A stretch of DNA of 64,000 nt from Candidatus Bathyarchaeota archaeon (lineage in GTDB: Archaea > Thermoproteota > Bathyarchaeia > Bathyarchaeales > Bathycorpusculaceae): NCBI GenBank assembly GCA_963775685.1, contig CAVZJV010000014.1:1440001-1504000 (forward strand). The letters are read 5' to 3'. Numbering within the stretch: position 1 is the first letter of the stretch; every line of letters starts with the position of its first letter. Of this stretch, positions 8,308-19,465 are shown in pieces. The notes beneath the pieces were generated by a model. The model ran no database searches. It saw only the letters and a list, made by a program, of their open reading frames with translations, and was not told where the DNA came from. The position numbers were made by a program, and so were the translations under genes.

Positions 8308-9930
8308 TCACATGGGGCTTCAGCTTTTTTCTGCTCCAAGGCCCAACTGAACTTGCTACGAAGGGTTTTGGGATAGAATTTTTCGATGTCGAATTTTACT
8401 TTCTTTGCCCACTTCACGTATGCAGTCGGGTCAATGTATGATTTGAGTGAGGTGCCAAGGTTGTATTCTCGGGTCAACTTTGTGAGTTCTATGTCGAGTT
8501 TGGCACGTTCGATGCGGGTTTCGAGGGAATTAGTTTTTTTGCCTTCAGCTTTTTTGGCTTTCAGAAGCTGTTGCAAGTCTTTGAGTTTTGTTTCTTTGTC
8601 GGCTACACGCTTATCAAAGGTGGGAGGGATTTTTCGTTTGTGGTTTGCGACTTCTGCAACTTTGAAGTTTGCCATTTTCGCTGCAAAATTTTTCTTGTAG
8701 TCAGGGTCTTCTTTACTTACGCCACTTTTTTCTAGTTCTTCGCGTACGGTTTTGGTGCATCGCCATGTTCTGAAGACTTTGGCGGTTAGTTTGGGCATTT
8801 TTTCTGAAAGAAAACGGCTGACATGTTTGGAGTCTATGCCTTCGAAGAGGTATTCTTTGCTTGTTTTGCTGAAGTACTCGATGTTTTTGATGACTTCAGG
8901 GGGTGCTTTGTACTGTTTTACCCATCTTACACTATCCTTGCCTAAGAAGTCAAAGTAGATAGTGTCGCCGACAATATTGATATGTTCTTTTCTCAAGGTT
9001 ATAGCACCAACTGTGTCGGCTTCGTCTGGGTCTTTTTCATCGCCAACCCTCATGTTAGGAACTAAAATAAGCCAGGAAACCGTTGCAACCTTGCGTCTTG
9101 TCGCATCCTTATCGTTGAGGTTTTTAAGGATGTGGGCTTCAATTTGCCTCATTTGTTTGCCCAACATTTCGGCTTTCTGGAATTTCTCTTTTTCACGGTT
9201 TTGTTTTAGGAATGCTGTGTCAGAAAACCAGACATATTTGATTTTTCCTGTGAGTTTATCTTCCCATTTGGCCACGTACATCTTCTTGTCTTCCCATACA
9301 GCGTCTTTCCACCCATCTTTCTTAGCTTTCTCTCGGTCTTGTTTGTCTGAAAGGTTAAGGATTATGTCATTTTTTGATGGTCCTTCCTTCCATTTACCTC
9401 GTTGAGGGTGGTCACCACGACCCGCAAAAAGACATGAGGGTTCTGATGTCCAGTTTGCTATCTCTAGTTTTTGTCTCATCAACTTCAGCGAAACCATACC
9501 AATCTCTTTTTTCTAGACGTTTGACTTTACGTTCTTCAGCCAATTGCTTTTTGACCTCTTTGCTCATTGTGTCCTTTGCCGCTTTTTCTTGCAAAATGAA
9601 GGTCTTAACTTGGGTGAAATCGATGTCTTTGGCTAACAGAGGATTGCCAACGTCAACTAGATATTTTGAGCAGAACGCATCCAGAAAGGTAGCCTTAGGG
9701 TCCTCTTTCTTAAGTTGCCCCAAAAACTCTTTCATAAAGTTTTTTGTAAAAACTGTGTCTGGCGGAGCCAGAGTTGCGGATAGGATTCTGCGCATCCACG
9801 CAACAGCCATTGGCTCAGTTTTTTTGGAAAGCTTGAGTGTTTGTCCTTGGACTTTGATGCTGAAACCTTTGTAGTCGTAAGGGGGAATAAATATGCCGTT
9901 GTGCTTTAGACTTTTCATAATATGCTTCAT
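8292..9930 (-). CDS. topIB: DNA topoisomerase IB (eukaryote-like), reading frame broken near 9476
   Basis: LKHNG N-terminus, GRGDHP.RGKWK, MRVGDEK, FLGKDS, AKVFRT, NHKR, GTSLKSYIDP (catalytic Tyr). Removing one base near 9476 joins both ORFs into about 545 aa (..EVDGQKLEIANW..). Confidence 0.9.
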
Positions 9931-10054
9931 AGTTAGACACCGTTTTTCGGCAAGTTTCTTTTCTTAGCCAATTAAATAGCTTATTCTAGCTTTTTTTAGG
10001 TTTCGTTACTAAAGCAGCAACTTTTCATAAACCGTTTTGCCCAACTTAGACATA

Positions 10055-10477
10055 TCAGGGAAAAAGCTGTCTTTGCCGCTTCGCTGCCCGGTCGCTCTGC
10101 AGTTTTCGGTAAACTTGGTCGACGTTTTTTCTCTCGACATATCCTTTGTGGGGTCGAAAACCTCCTGAGAAACCGCCGGGGATGTGCATAAGTTCATGAA
10201 TTAGCGTTCTTTCCCTATCTTCAGGGCACATCCTATCAAAAATCTCTGAAATAACCTCGATTGTGTAAGAGGGAGGAAGGTTTAGGACGCCCTGCCAAAT
10301 CTTTCCCAACCCATGAATCCTCGCGATGGTTCGACGTGCCTTGGAACCTTTGCTTCGGACACAGAAAACGAATTGGGGGACCACATGGTAAAACTCGCAT
10401 TCCTGTGCCAACTGATCAACTTGCTTTTTTATTTCTGGAGCCTCAAAATACTTAATCGGCAATCTTTCCCTCTCCAA
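10055..10477 (-). CDS. putative metallopeptidase
   Basis: LIHELMHIP HExxH motif; ARIHGL..IWQ typical of an archaeal metallopeptidase family. Confidence 0.75.
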   Translation of the reverse strand: MERERLPIKYFEAPEIKKQVDQLAQECEFYHVVPQFVFCVRSKGSKARRTIARIHGLGKIWQGVLNLPPSYTIEVISEIFDRMCPEDRERTLIHELMHIPGGFSGGFRPHKGYVERKNVDQVYRKLQSDRAAKRQRQLFP

Positions 10478-10510
10478 TTACCATTCTGATATGTTGTTTG
10501 GGTTAAAAAG

Positions 10511-13114
10511 CTAAGTGCTTTTCCGCAGGATTTTCTGCAGCTCCATCCAAAAGGTTGCCGCGAACGACACAGCAATGACAAGAACCCAGCCCTGCCAGCT
10601 TAAACCCGTGATCTGTAAAGCGGCCTGAACAGGTGGCAGAGAAGTCCCAACAAGCAAAGTCACGAAAACCAGCAAGGCCCACAACAACATCACTTTGTTG
10701 GACAGTAAACCCTCCTTAATCAGCGGTTCCTGCTCAGATCGGAAGTTGAGAGCAAGGAAAATATGCCCAAACATCCAGGTCGCAAAAGCCACCGTTCTCG
10801 CGTAAGTAACGTCATTGGTCGTATAATATGCGAATAGATAAGTAGCTGTGACAGCTCCAAAGAGGCTCAAGGCACCTAGGAATAGACGTTTTAACAGGGG
10901 TTTGTTTAGGAATTTCTCTTTTGGGCTGATGGGTGGGTCGTGCATACTTCCAACTGCCCCGGGTTCAGCTACAAACGTTGCGGACGCCGCCAAGTCCATG
11001 AAGAGTTCCAACACTATGATTTGGATTGGGGCAAAGGGCAGAGGAATCCCAAGAATTATTGGAACAAGAAATATTGAGACAAGGGCTACTTTGCAGGCAA
11101 GATAGTAACGAACGCCTTTTCGCAGGTTGCTAAACAGTTTGCGCCCTTCTTTAACAGCAGTTTCTATAGTCGCAAAGTTGTCATCGGTTAAAATCATGCT
11201 TGCGGACTCTTTTGCTACATCTGTCCCGCGTATACCCATGGCAACACCAATGTGGGCTTCTTTTAGGGCAGGAGCATCGTTAATTCCGTCCCCTGTCACA
11301 GCAACGACTTCACCGTTCTCCTTGAGCAGTCTAACCAGACGAAGTTTATCTTCAGGCGTCGCCCTAGCAAAAACAAACGTGTCCTTCAATGCAGCCTTCA
11401 AATCAGAGTCAGACATTTTTGCGATTTCGTCTCCAATTAACACGTTTGCGCTGCCTATGCCGACTTGGCTTGCGATTGTTCTTGCCGTTTCAGGGTGGTC
11501 ACCTGTAATCATGACGACTTTAATGCCTGCGTCTTTACAGGTTTGGATTGCTCCTTTGACTTCTTTGCGTGGAGGATCAATAAAGCCCACGACTCCGACG
11601 AGAACGATGTCGCGCTCAAGGTTTTTTTCATCTACTTGATAATCTGCTGGCAATCTGTGATAACCGAAAGCAAGCATCCGTTCGCCGGAACGCGCCATTT
11701 GAGATATTGCGCCAAGAACGCCTCTTCTTTGATCATCGGCTAGCGGTGTCTCTTCTCCTTTGAGTAGAATGCTGTTGGAGTTTGCAAGGATTCTTTCTGG
11801 TGCACCACTGGACAGAGCTATGAGGGAGCCCCCGTAAAGGTAAATGTAGGTTGCAAGTTTGCGTTTAACATCAAAATCCAGCTCATCTTTGAGAATCCAC
11901 CCTGCCAACAGAGCCTGAAGGCTGAGACCACCCTGCTTTAAGCGCAATAATATTGCCCGGGACATCGGATTACCCAACACTTCAGGGTCGCTGATAGCGT
12001 CGCTTGTCAAAAAAGCGGTTCGCAGAGCTGATTTCTCGTTTTCCCCAAAATCTCTTGCTGAGGTCACTCTTCCATCAAAATAGAGGTGCTCAACGCGCAT
12101 CTGATTCTCCGTAATCGTTCCTGTTTTGTCCGTGGCGATGACAGTTATGTTTCCAAGAGTTTCTGCTGCACGCAACCGCTTAACAATCGCACCTTTCCTT
12201 GACAATGCATAGCTGCCTACACCCAAAACCATCGTAATTATTATTGGGAGCTCTTCAGGGATCACAACAAACGCCAAAGATAAGCCATATAGAACAGCTT
12301 CAGCAGGGCTTGGCTGCAAACCTCGAAAGTAGCTTAAAACAGGTATAATGATGGCAAAGAAGAGCGCAACCCAAACCAGCGTCTTGGAAAGCTGCTTCAT
12401 TGCTAATTGCAATTGGGTTTTGGGTTCTTTGGCGGCTTTAGTGATGCCTACTACTCTGCCGAGCTCTGTGTTTATGCCCGTTGCAGTTATGAGCGCTTTA
12501 GCTCTGCCCCTAGTAACTACAGTCCCACTGAAAAGCATGTTTGTTTGGTCAGGTATTCTGGCTTCACCAGACAGAACCGCCGCGGCGTCTTTGGAGACTG
12601 GGAATGATTCGCCCGTCAGAGAGGACTCGTCAACTTCTAAACCGTAGGCTTCCAAAAGCCTAGCATCCGCAGGCACACGCTGCCCCACTTTCAAAACCAA
12701 TACATCGCCTGGAACCAAAAACGTGGTCTGAACCTCTTTTGACTGCCCACTCCTAACTACGAACGCGGTTGGCGGCGCCAGTTGTCTTAGGGCTGAGATT
12801 GAACGTTTGGCGCGGTACTCGTTCCAGACCTCCGCCAAGACCAGAATAATTATGATTACAATAATCGTTAAGGCATCTGTTAAGCCACCTAAGATGCTGT
12901 AGAGGACACCCACAGCGATGAGCAGCAAAATCATAGGTTCAGTAATTTCTTCACGCAATATGTCCAAGAAAAGGATTTCTTTTTCTTCCACTATGCTATT
13001 TTTTCCGTGCTGGTTTAGACGCACCGCTGCCTCTTGGTCTTCTAAACCTTTCTCAGGGTCAACGCCCAATGAACGAACCAGTTCTTGCAAAGTTTTTGAA
13101 TGCGGTTGACTCAC
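10511..13114 (-). CDS. cation-transporting P-type ATPase (type II, Ca2+-like)
   Basis: LTGES, PEEL, DKTGTIT, MITGD, GDGINDAPAL. Confidence 0.95.
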   Translation of the reverse strand: MSQPHSKTLQELVRSLGVDPEKGLEDQEAAVRLNQHGKNSIVEEKEILFLDILREEITEPMILLLIAVGVLYSILGGLTDALTIIVIIIILVLAEVWNEYRAKRSISALRQLAPPTAFVVRSGQSKEVQTTFLVPGDVLVLKVGQRVPADARLLEAYGLEVDESSLTGESFPVSKDAAAVLSGEARIPDQTNMLFSGTVVTRGRAKALITATGINTELGRVVGITKAAKEPKTQLQLAMKQLSKTLVWVALFFAIIIPVLSYFRGLQPSPAEAVLYGLSLAFVVIPEELPIIITMVLGVGSYALSRKGAIVKRLRAAETLGNITVIATDKTGTITENQMRVEHLYFDGRVTSARDFGENEKSALRTAFLTSDAISDPEVLGNPMSRAILLRLKQGGLSLQALLAGWILKDELDFDVKRKLATYIYLYGGSLIALSSGAPERILANSNSILLKGEETPLADDQRRGVLGAISQMARSGERMLAFGYHRLPADYQVDEKNLERDIVLVGVVGFIDPPRKEVKGAIQTCKDAGIKVVMITGDHPETARTIASQVGIGSANVLIGDEIAKMSDSDLKAALKDTFVFARATPEDKLRLVRLLKENGEVVAVTGDGINDAPALKEAHIGVAMGIRGTDVAKESASMILTDDNFATIETAVKEGRKLFSNLRKGVRYYLACKVALVSIFLVPIILGIPLPFAPIQIIVLELFMDLAASATFVAEPGAVGSMHDPPISPKEKFLNKPLLKRLFLGALSLFGAVTATYLFAYYTTNDVTYARTVAFATWMFGHIFLALNFRSEQEPLIKEGLLSNKVMLLWALLVFVTLLVGTSLPPVQAALQITGLSWQGWVLVIAVSFAATFWMELQKILRKST

Positions 13115-13382
13115 GGAAGCACCTAAACCTAACTCTAAGTGGAATAATTACTAAAGTTTGCGAATCGACTATGCCCTAAAAAGATTACGCAAGTAATTGC
13201 GACAAATTACCAAAACTTCCCGAACAAACCTGTAAAAAATCATTTTGACATTATAATCACTATAATTAGCCATCTTAAGCAAACGCCAAACACCAATTTA
13301 CTTTTTTTAACTTATGAGGGACTTATTATGCAAAACTTTATAACATTGCCGAACGTTTTGAGTCTAAAAAGGTAGAAGCAAG

Positions 13383-14303
13383 ATGAAATTCGGCACATAC
13401 ATGTTTGAAGCAAAGAAAGTTCCAGGCTTCGACTATGACCTTTTCCGAGTAAAACCAGAAGTAGGCAGACGAATGCCCCCAAAAGCTGACATGCATAGCA
13501 ACATTGCGATTTTCGGAGACAACGTAACTGCCCGCCTCCACCCAGACTGGATTTCACAATCCGACCTAGGTCCAGCATGGAGAACCAATGACAACTTTAA
13601 CGTTCGCTGGGAAGTCCTCTGCGCAACCCAACCAGATCACAGAGCAGAACAACTCGACTACATCGAAGACGTTGCACGCAAAAGCGAAGGCATCTGGCTA
13701 AACAGCATCCACTTCGCAGAACACGGCCACTGCACATGCCCACGCTGCAAAGACCTTTGGAAGAAAAGCGGCCTTAGCTGGTATGAATGGAGACGAAAAG
13801 AAATCACCGACTATATGGCACAAGTAAGCGACCGCGTACGCAACAAAGCAAAGAAAAAATTCGTCATCGGCGTCCTGCCAGACCCAGTCACAAACTATGA
13901 ACGCTTCGGCGTCAACTTCGACGACCTCGCACCACTAACCGACGAATTCCTCGTCGTGATGTTCAGCAAAAACTACGCTACACCATGGTACTGGGAAATG
14001 CTTACCCGCAACTTCAAAAAACTCTTCAAAGACGTCAAACTAAACGTTGCACTCTACGTCATCGGGCCCGGCGACGATCCAAAAGAAACACCAACTCCAA
14101 GCGAACTCTTAACCGTATCAGTCCGCATGGCACGCGCTGGATTAGACGGAATCCTTTACCTCACAGACAAAGCAGCACAAATGCAAGAATTCCAGAAAGC
14201 CGCAATCGCCCAAAAAGATGTACGCGAACGCCTCATTAGCTACGGCGGAAAGCAAGGTCAAGAAGTTCTCGACTTAGTCACAAGCTGGGAAAAGATAGTT
14301 TAA
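13383..14303 (+). CDS. hypothetical protein, glycoside-hydrolase-like TIM barrel
   Basis: long ORF with strong codon bias; HPDW, CTCPRC insert typical of GHL10-like barrels. Confidence 0.5.
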   Translation: MKFGTYMFEAKKVPGFDYDLFRVKPEVGRRMPPKADMHSNIAIFGDNVTARLHPDWISQSDLGPAWRTNDNFNVRWEVLCATQPDHRAEQLDYIEDVARKSEGIWLNSIHFAEHGHCTCPRCKDLWKKSGLSWYEWRRKEITDYMAQVSDRVRNKAKKKFVIGVLPDPVTNYERFGVNFDDLAPLTDEFLVVMFSKNYATPWYWEMLTRNFKKLFKDVKLNVALYVIGPGDDPKETPTPSELLTVSVRMARAGLDGILYLTDKAAQMQEFQKAAIAQKDVRERLISYGGKQGQEVLDLVTSWEKIV

Positions 14304-14373
14304 GAAAAACAAACCATTGCAGGCATGAGTGGAAAAAACCACCAGGCTGCCCTTTTTATTTAATCTAATTTGC

Positions 14374-14805
14374 TTAATGTATATAACCTAAGTTTTTCTT
14401 CTGCGTTTCGTTGATTTCCTTCATAGATTCGTAGTGCGCTTCGATAAGGATTTTGAGTGCCTCGATGTTTTTCTTTATGTCTTCGACTTCGCCTGTTTTC
14501 TGCAAGACTCCAGACTGGATCAACTGCTGGTTTATCTTGTCAACGGAGACTTCAAGCACCTTGACTTTGAAAGCAAAAATCTGAAGCGAATACAGCAAAG
14601 TCAACTGGGAGTTAAGCCTATCTAAACGTTCCAACTCTAAGGTTTTGCGCATAAACGCCTTAATTTTATGTTCCTGCGATGCTTCCGGCGAAGCAAGAAG
14701 TTGGTCATAAATTGCTGAGTGCCTTGCAGTTACTTCTTTTGTTTCATCCACAACTTTCTGCACACGTTTTGCGGTTCTATCCAGCATTTCTAAGACTTCG
14801 TCCAA
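14374..14805 (-). CDS. coiled-coil hypothetical protein
   Basis: 143 aa helical ORF with upstream GGAGA. Confidence 0.65.
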   Translation of the reverse strand: MDEVLEMLDRTAKRVQKVVDETKEVTARHSAIYDQLLASPEASQEHKIKAFMRKTLELERLDRLNSQLTLLYSLQIFAFKVKVLEVSVDKINQQLIQSGVLQKTGEVEDIKKNIEALKILIEAHYESMKEINETQKKNLGYIH

Positions 14806-14958
14806 TCCTGTTCTCTCCTAATCAATAGTTATCTTACTTCCAAGCACTGTATAACCCACTATATATATAATTTAGAGCCGGCTGACTGGTTTTTTAATAG
14901 TTAAGCTTTTAGGCACTTTGCTACATAGTAGATCCATAAATCAGAATAGAGGAATATT

Positions 14959-15027
14959 ATGCCTTCATTAGCAAAAAAGAATGCAGCAAAAAAGAAAAAA
15001 CATGAAGAAAAAACCGGAAAGAAGTAG
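14959..15027 (+). CDS. 22-aa lysine-rich micro-protein (MPSLAKKNAAKKKKHEEKTGKK)
   Basis: GAGG upstream of ATG, T-rich terminator directly after TAG; not in the ORF track. Confidence 0.4.
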   Translation: MPSLAKKNAAKKKKHEEKTGKK

Positions 15028-15658
15028 TTCTTTTCTTTTTTGAACGCTACTTTAACCGAAAAATCCTAAACATCTTTTCTCTTTGTTATAGTTACTATCT
15101 TTAATACTGCCGAATGTTGCGGATTGGGCTTCTACATTAAGGATATGTTGGCGTTTGAGATTGCGGGGTGAGGTAGGAGGCCAAGGAATACGGTATTAAC
15201 CTTACACTGGGGTAGTGATTCTGGTTCGTGTGATTTAGCACCTGGTTCCTGCCGCTTTTCAATTCTCAGTTTTCAAGAGCATCCCATTAACGAATATTTG
15301 GATTTTAATTTTTATCTGCAAGCTCATGCGATAAAAATAAAAATAAACCAAAATAAACCTTGTCAGAAATAATCGTCAAGAGTTTATTCATAGTTGTTGA
15401 GGCAGAAAAGGCCCATACCACAACAAATAGCTGCATCGCCTCCCAAGTTGCATTTTTTTCAAGTTGGCTTAATATTTTCTTCTTGCTCGCTCGCGGCCTC
15501 GAACAACAGTAGGCTATAATCAGATAACAAGAATTCACCATAAAACTACTCACGTTCACTGAGGCAATTTGGTAACCGATTTGTGTAACTACAGTTCAAA
15601 AGGTTAAGCCCTAAAAAAGACCGTGTAGCCAAAAGCGGATTGCGATGATTACGGTTCT

Positions 15659-15775
15659 TTAATGTTTTATTTTTTTCTTGCTTCCATCGTCAAAAGGAAG
15701 AATGTTAAGGTTTGTAGGGTTTACTTTTAAGTTGGTTTTAGATTCAACAATTGCATTTTTGTCTGCTTTTCTCAT
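15659..15775 (-). CDS. 38-aa small protein
   Basis: GGAGGT RBS upstream; MRKADKNAIVESKTNLKVNPTNLNILPFDDGSKKKIKH. Confidence 0.35.
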   Translation of the reverse strand: MRKADKNAIVESKTNLKVNPTNLNILPFDDGSKKKIKH

Positions 15776-15871
15776 GCTTATTACCTCCCATTAGTTATTC
15801 ATGTTACCCCTTAAAAGTTTAAGCTAATAGAAAAATGAAGTCTTAAAACCAACTTTTGAAATCATATGAGA

Positions 15872-15900
15872 GCAGACTTGAGGATTTGAACCCACTTTTG
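15872..15900 (+). repeat. partial tRNA-end scar repeat
   Basis: gcagacttgaggatttgaaccc versus tRNA-Ala gtggactgggggggatttgaaccc. Confidence 0.5.
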
Positions 15901-16183
15901 GGCGCATTGTGCTTCTCGTTGAATTTTATTAATTACTGAGTGAATGCACATATTCAAGGATGCCTTTGATGTTTTCTTTTCTTGTGGAGACGATTAGTTT
16001 TGAATAAGCAGCCAGCATCCCTATCTCGTCGGATGTCTTGTTTTTTTCAAGCTTAACCTAAATCTAAAAAGCATCATTATAACCCTATTAGAAAAATTCA
16101 GTTTGCTAAAATCGAACCCTCCTCGAAGATGATACAATTTAAGGTTCTTTGGTCTTTCACCAGAAAAGTTGCTTTTCCATATT

Positions 16184-16459
16184 TCAGACTCTATGTTTTC
16201 TTTTGGTGGAGAACAGCAAACACTCTAATTTTTTAACGGTTAGAAGCGGAAGGTTCTGCGTGATGAGTTTTACTCCATTAATTCCAACCGCATACAAGCT
16301 GCCCCCAAAAATTATCGTTTCAAATTCGGAGTTTTTCAGCTTTAATATCTCTGGCTTCAAAGAGGGCAGCCTTAAGGTCTTCGGATATCCATTCTGCATA
16401 TTTTTTTGTGAAACCTGAAAGTGACCTATATACGACCACGATTCGCAAGGCTCAATCAT
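16184..16459 (-). pseudogene. flavodoxin-like remnant
   Basis: IIFGGSLYAVGINGVKLITQN flavodoxin_5-like segment; N-terminus out of frame and C-terminus truncated. Confidence 0.55.
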
Positions 16460-16651
16460 TAACCTTTTTGATAAAAACTTATCGAGTTCCGTGTGGTTTG
16501 TTTAAAAAGATTTAGAGTGGACTATCGGTAATCGAACTCAGAGAAAACAAGACAGTCCAACCATTTCTCTAATTTTAAAGACAGTTTATTCTAAACAGTA
16601 AGAAATTAAAGCATAACCATCTTATCTGTCCAACCACAGGAAGAATATCGC

Positions 16652-17491
16652 TTGCCAATTTTCGTAATTAAAGCAGATGGCTCCAACCAGCTATTTGATA
16701 AAGAAAAAATAATGCAGACCTGCCTAAGAATGGGCGCAAATCGCGAGGTTGCGTTTCAAGTCGCGCAAGAAGTGGAAAAAAGACTCTACGAAAACATAAC
16801 AACGCAGAAAATCCTTCAAATAATTTTCGCTCTGATGCGAAAACACAAGCCCGCTGTCAAGCACCTCTTTGACCTCAAAGAGGGAATAAGCTTAATGGAG
16901 GCCAAACCCGAATTCGAGGTTTTTGTCCGAGTGCTATTAGCTTATAGCGGTTTTCAAGTTAAGCCTAACACGATTCTTAGGGGATTGTGTGGGGAACATG
17001 AAGTTGATGCTTTAGCCACCAAAGATGGTTTAACTCATCTGGTGGAAGCAAAACATCACAATAACTACCACGCCCTCACCGGACTGGATGAGAGCCGCAT
17101 AGCCCGAGCAATAATAGAGGATGTGACAGAAGGCTACACAAATGGCGCAACTGAAATCAAAATTGACCGAGCAATGATAGTCTCCAACACCAAATACTCA
17201 GATCATGCCATAAACTATGGTCGTTGCCGCGGCATTTTGCAGGTAGGATGGTCTTCTCCTGAAGGTTTTGGGCTAAGAGACATCATTGAGAAAAACAAGT
17301 TGTATCCTTTGAGTTGCCTTCGAGGGGTCAGCAAAGAGGCAAGATTACGCCTTGTTGACGCGGGGATAGTGCTCATAAAACAGTTGCTGGAGCAGGATAG
17401 TCGATACCTCGAAAGGAGAATGGGGCTACCGCACGAAACTGTTTTGTCTTTGATTGAAAAAGCCAGACATATAACAGAAACGTTATGGTAA
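16652..17491 (+). CDS. ATP-cone domain fused to Mrr-like restriction endonuclease domain
   Basis: VIKADGS..LFDKEKI ATP cone; FE....L...GF, HEVDALA, VEAKHH. Confidence 0.85.
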   Translation: MPIFVIKADGSNQLFDKEKIMQTCLRMGANREVAFQVAQEVEKRLYENITTQKILQIIFALMRKHKPAVKHLFDLKEGISLMEAKPEFEVFVRVLLAYSGFQVKPNTILRGLCGEHEVDALATKDGLTHLVEAKHHNNYHALTGLDESRIARAIIEDVTEGYTNGATEIKIDRAMIVSNTKYSDHAINYGRCRGILQVGWSSPEGFGLRDIIEKNKLYPLSCLRGVSKEARLRLVDAGIVLIKQLLEQDSRYLERRMGLPHETVLSLIEKARHITETLW

Positions 17492-17829
17492 AATAATTAA
17501 CATTTAGCGAAAAGAAAAATGTTAATCTTATTTTTTATGAAAGTTTTAGAGTTTTAACAGCTGACGTTTCTGAATTAAGATATCTGATACTTTTTCCTTT
17601 GGGAAAGTTGGGCTAACCATAAGTACTACACACATAACAGTTTATTGCCTTTTAGGCTGGATGTAAACGGCTGTCAAAGAAAAGGTGACTGAAATAGAGG
17701 TTCAAACAGCAATTCAAAATTCTATTTTATTTTGGGGCAAAGAGGTAAGGTTAATTGAAATTAATCATCTTTCTGCTGAATTTTATCCGTTGTTAACTCG
17801 GTTCTTTTTAGTTCAGGCAGGCTTTTGAA

Positions 17830-18909
17830 ATGAGTTCGGAAACAAATCCTAAGCTTTCGAAGCCTGTTCTTTTGGTCTCAATTATTGGGCTGGTTGTTTT
17901 CGTTTTATATCTCTATTACTTTGTTGGTGTTTCTGATTTCATTTATGCTCTGGAGAAGCTGAATCCCTGGTTTTATTCGTTAGCTTTCGTTTTGGTTGTT
18001 GTCAGCGTTTTTTTTCACTCTATTGTTTGGCGTGGCCTTTTAGGTAACCTGTCTACTCATATCAGGATCAAATCGGCCTTTTTGCTCGGTTGGGTCGGAA
18101 TTTTCGTGGACAATATTCTTCCAGGCGGCGTAACCGGCGATTTATTCAAAGCTTATTGGTTGTGCAAAACTGAGGCCCATGACACAGGTAGCGTTGTTGC
18201 ATCCGTTATTGCCCATAAAATCCTAATAATTACGGTGATTTTGGCAAACACTATCGTCGGATTATTGTTATGGGTTTTGAGCTATGGGAATATGGACTCA
18301 GCAGTCTTTGGAATAATAGTAGGACTTTCTTCAATACTCATTTTTACACTAATGATGATATTCTATCTAAGCAACAATTCCCGAGCAACAGGCAAACTGC
18401 TAGATTGGCTTATTCGGTTAATCAGTTTTTTTAAGAGGAACAAATGGAACTCTTCAGGTTTTAGAGGCAAAATGGAAAAAAATCTAAGTGATTTTCACAC
18501 AGGTTTTGTTACCCTTAGAGCGAATCCACGCGGTTTATTGTTACCGGCAACTTTCACGGTTCTGGCTTGGGCTACAGATATCGTTGTTTTTATTTTGTGT
18601 TTTATGGCTTTGGGCTACAATTTACCGGCCTTCCAAGCTTTAATTGCGTACGCGTTGACTGCAACTTTGCTCGTTGAAGGTGTATCCTTTTTAGGCTTCA
18701 ACGAGATTATAAGAAGTTCTCTTTTCATAGCTTTGGGAATCCCAGCAGCCATAGGCGTGACTTCCATTCTTCTAAACAGGCTAGCAACTTTCTGGTTTAG
18801 AATGGTGGTTTCCTACGGCGTTTTTCATTGGAAAGTAATTGGGCATTATACTTTGAGGCGTTCCGCCCCTCTGGGTGATAATGCATATAATTGTTCCGAG
18901 ATTCCCTGA
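17830..18909 (+). CDS. UPF0104/lysylphosphatidylglycerol-synthase TM-domain (flippase-like) protein
   Basis: multi-TM; DNILPGGVTGD, R..TFW motifs. Confidence 0.8.
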   Translation: MSSETNPKLSKPVLLVSIIGLVVFVLYLYYFVGVSDFIYALEKLNPWFYSLAFVLVVVSVFFHSIVWRGLLGNLSTHIRIKSAFLLGWVGIFVDNILPGGVTGDLFKAYWLCKTEAHDTGSVVASVIAHKILIITVILANTIVGLLLWVLSYGNMDSAVFGIIVGLSSILIFTLMMIFYLSNNSRATGKLLDWLIRLISFFKRNKWNSSGFRGKMEKNLSDFHTGFVTLRANPRGLLLPATFTVLAWATDIVVFILCFMALGYNLPAFQALIAYALTATLLVEGVSFLGFNEIIRSSLFIALGIPAAIGVTSILLNRLATFWFRMVVSYGVFHWKVIGHYTLRRSAPLGDNAYNCSEIP

Positions 18910-19135
18910 AATGGTATTAACTCCTATTTTGCTTCCTACTTAACATTTGTTCAAATACTATCCGAGCTTTGAAAGGTGAACCAATCTAAGTTACCTAACT
19001 AAGGAACCATTGATCCATTGTTGTACTTAAAACGAAAGTAAGACTTCAGCCTATGGTGATGTTTGTTCTGTAACCTAAGTATTTATGCAACTGACCTTAA
19101 CCTAAAGTCTTGCTACGTGGAAGCGCACTGCAGAA

Positions 19136-19465
19136 CTATGCCCAACGAGTCGGCCAGTGTGAACTTTGAAAGAGCTCTGTTCTGAACACCATGAAATTTT
19201 CAAGTTGTGGAGGGCTTTCAAGTGAATCTTGGACTTTTTTGGTAGCTTGAGTAAATATTTCTTTTTCAGACTTGTTTAATGCCTCAACATCTGCCCATAA
19301 AGTCAGAATTGTTGCGGAGTTCAAGTCTTGAGAAAGCAGCGACATTGAGCCCCGAAAACCTTCAGTTTCATGGACTAAGGTGCTCAGCAAATGCTCAAGC
19401 TCTAAAAAAGCTTCTTTACGTTTATCTTTTTTAAAATTCCACTTACTCACTCTGGCTAAAACCAT
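19136..19465 (-). CDS. ABM (dimeric alpha-beta barrel) domain protein
   Basis: likely start MVLARVSKW; EGFRG...LTLW pattern. Confidence 0.65.
   Translation of the reverse strand: MVLARVSKWNFKKDKRKEAFLELEHLLSTLVHETEGFRGSMSLLSQDLNSATILTLWADVEALNKSEKEIFTQATKKVQDSLESPPQLENFMVFRTELFQSSHWPTRWA

Noticed and set aside
8386-13109. Many antisense ORFs over topIB and the P-type ATPase (and similar ones elsewhere)
   Set aside because: Shadow frames of well-supported genes, with no motifs of their own
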